Of a stretch of DNA of 64,000 nucleotides, positions 62,343 through 64,000 are shown one piece after another (the first letter of the stretch is position 1; each line of letters starts with the position of its first letter). The stretch comes from Alphaproteobacteria bacterium (GTDB lineage: Bacteria > Pseudomonadota > Alphaproteobacteria > UBA828): NCBI GenBank assembly GCA_963422645.2, contig CAXXVO010000002.1, positions 128,001 to 192,000 of the forward strand, given 5' to 3'. Made by a program: the position numbers and the translations under genes. A model generated the notes under the pieces. It did not search any database and was not told where the DNA came from. It saw nothing but the letters and a program-made list of their open reading frames with translations.

Positions 62343-63881
62343 TCAGGAGCGCAGTATAGGGATCAGCTGCATCGGTTCCGGGTGCGCCAGGATTTGCAGG
62401 ATGTTCCAGCCTTGCTTTCGAGCGGTGACGATGACGCTGCGCATTCCGGCGAAGTTGCAGGCGCCTTGCAGGGAGCGGAAGCCGCCTGAGATCTTCTCAT
62501 GCACTTTGTTCATACGGATGTCACGCTCCGCCTCGTTATTCGTGAACGGCGTGCGCAGGTCGGTGAGGAAGCGCAGGCAGCCCTCCTTATGCTTTTGAAG
62601 GCGGCGCGCGAGGTTGTGGCCGATGCGGCGTTTCTTTCGCCCTCGCTTTGCGATCTGGAGCGGCGGTTGGGCCTCATGGAAGGCGATGGCTTCTTCGAGG
62701 ATACGGTCCCATGCCCTTGAGATGCGGGCCACCAGGGAGGCGGGGACTTGACGGTCTTTCTCACGGGCGAAGCGGGCGGCCCTGCGCGCGCGCTGAAGCA
62801 GGCGGTGCATGCTCGCCGCCCATTCCTCCTTCTCGATGTCGATCAGGGCCTGGAGTTCGCGCAGGTGATGTGCGTTGCAGGCGCCGTGGCGGACGCCCTT
62901 GATGGTGAAGTAGGGGGCGAAGTCGTCGTGGACGAGGATGCCTTTCAGGTTCTTTTCGACATCGCCGCGTCCCTCGCCGATGCGCAGGACGGTGAGCAAC
63001 GGGGTGCACAGCACATGGAGCCAGCGGGTACGGGCGGCGATACGCAGGCCGGTCTCGTCGAGGTGCTTGACCGGCGCCTGCGTGCGGATCAGATCGGCGA
63101 CATGGTCGAGGAAGCCCTCGAAGCGCTGCGCTGTGCGCCGGCCCATGGCGGCGATCGTGGCAGTGGAGATGGACACCGCGAAGATGTCGCTCATGAGTTC
63201 GGCCAGACGCTTCTCGGGCACGAACTGGGCGTACAGCAGGTAACTCACCCAAGCGGTGATGCGAGGGCCGTACTGGACCGGGGCGGTGACGCCCGGCGGG
63301 AAGGCGGCTCGTGTCAGCGTGCCGCATGCGCCGCAGAGGCAGCGATGGGCGCGGTGTTCGGTGACCTCGAGAGGCTGCGGCTCGGGTACGTCGAAGACCT
63401 GCCGACAGGCGGGCGCGCCTTGCCGGTCGGCGTCCGAGAGCTCGACGCCACAGCCGGAACAGGTGGAGGGGTGGTGATCGACGACACGGTCCGGGCTGTC
63501 GCTCCGCGCGAGGGTGGTTCCCTTGTGGCCGGGCTGGCCGCCACTGGGCCCGCCGGACTTTCCGCGCTGGCTTTGGGTGCGCCTCTGGGCTCCGCTTTTC
63601 TTCTTGAGCCCGTCGCTGGCGGGGGGCTTGCTGCTTGTGGTGCTGTTGAGGGCCGCGCTGCGCTCGAGTTCGGCGATGCGCTCGCGCAGGGCCGCGTTCT
63701 CCTGCTCGAGTGCGGCATTTTCCCGGGCGAGCGCGGTGGCTGATCGCAGCAGCCCCTGCCCCCATTCCCGGACGGCAACGACGACAGTGGTTGCGAGGGA
63801 TGATGGCTCGAGAAGCTCCTTCAGGCAGCAGAAGGCCTCGTTACGGGCGGCGAGGTCTTCGTGCCAGTGCGACACCGTCAC
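62343..63881 (-). CDS. IS66 TnpC-type transposase, intact (512 aa)
   Basis: All motifs in one frame; GTG start overlaps the MTase stop. Confidence 0.92.
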   Translation of the reverse strand: MTVSHWHEDLAARNEAFCCLKELLEPSSLATTVVVAVREWGQGLLRSATALARENAALEQENAALRERIAELERSAALNSTTSSKPPASDGLKKKSGAQRRTQSQRGKSGGPSGGQPGHKGTTLARSDSPDRVVDHHPSTCSGCGVELSDADRQGAPACRQVFDVPEPQPLEVTEHRAHRCLCGACGTLTRAAFPPGVTAPVQYGPRITAWVSYLLYAQFVPEKRLAELMSDIFAVSISTATIAAMGRRTAQRFEGFLDHVADLIRTQAPVKHLDETGLRIAARTRWLHVLCTPLLTVLRIGEGRGDVEKNLKGILVHDDFAPYFTIKGVRHGACNAHHLRELQALIDIEKEEWAASMHRLLQRARRAARFAREKDRQVPASLVARISRAWDRILEEAIAFHEAQPPLQIAKRGRKKRRIGHNLARRLQKHKEGCLRFLTDLRTPFTNNEAERDIRMNKVHEKISGGFRSLQGACNFAGMRSVIVTARKQGWNILQILAHPEPMQLIPILRS

Positions 63882-64000
63882 GTGTCTTCGGCCTCGACGG
63901 CCATCATGGCGGCGAGCACGGCGAGGCGTTCGCCCGGCGGCAAGGCCTGGTAGCGCCGGCCCCAGTTGGCTGCCTTGCGCTTGATGCGCTGGCGGTCGGT
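63878..64000 (-). CDS. Dam-like MTase, 3' part
   Basis: TDRQRIKRKAANWGRRYQALPPGERLAVLAAMMAVEAEDT*, homologous to the copy A C-terminus. Confidence 0.82.
   Translation of the reverse strand, partial: TDRQRIKRKAANWGRRYQALPPGERLAVLAAMMAVEAEDT

Larger units (their letters stand above)
62178..64000 (-). mobile_element. Divergent IS66-MTase element copy C (runs off window)
   Basis: Right IR GTAACTGCCCAGGT; intact transposase preceded by an MTase C-terminus. Confidence 0.88.

Noticed and set aside
1-64000. tRNA, rRNA or CRISPR arrays
   Set aside because: None recognised by eye; a tRNAscan/Infernal run would be needed to exclude them fully.

Overview
GC-rich bacterial DNA, most likely an alphaproteobacterium (gene content and REP-like palindrome; inference). 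Ordinary metabolic genes are interleaved with a dense, nested and partly decayed set of mobile elements. Host-type genes: moaB (partial), family-4 UDG, a catabolic cluster (acyl-CoA ligase, PhyH dioxygenase, two DMT transporters, flavin oxidoreductase, hydrolase, 2Fe-2S reductase), a FitAB/VapBC TA pair, zwf-pgl-edd, a sorbitol/mannitol (smo-type) uptake and catabolism cluster, three tandem RTX-type Ca-binding paralogs and nnrS. Mobile DNA: an IS4-like element with a DUF4338-DDE fusion, an IS630 tandem dimer, IS5 and IS630 remnants, IS110, IS1595, an unclassified 2.5-kb IS with two solo ends, IS21 with two ~92-bp IS21-type MITEs, a dual tyrosine-integrase/AAA/primase module, and five IS66-type (GTAAC-ended) copies. 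Two observations stand out. (1) Four IS66-type copies, in at least two and probably three sequence variants, carry a short Dam-like DNA adenine methyltransferase; where the junction survives it is translationally coupled to the transposase. (2) The IS110 non-coding end contains readable bridge-RNA-like target and donor guides that match its own insertion site inside an IS21-type MITE terminus. All family calls come from motif recognition by eye; no database searches were run.
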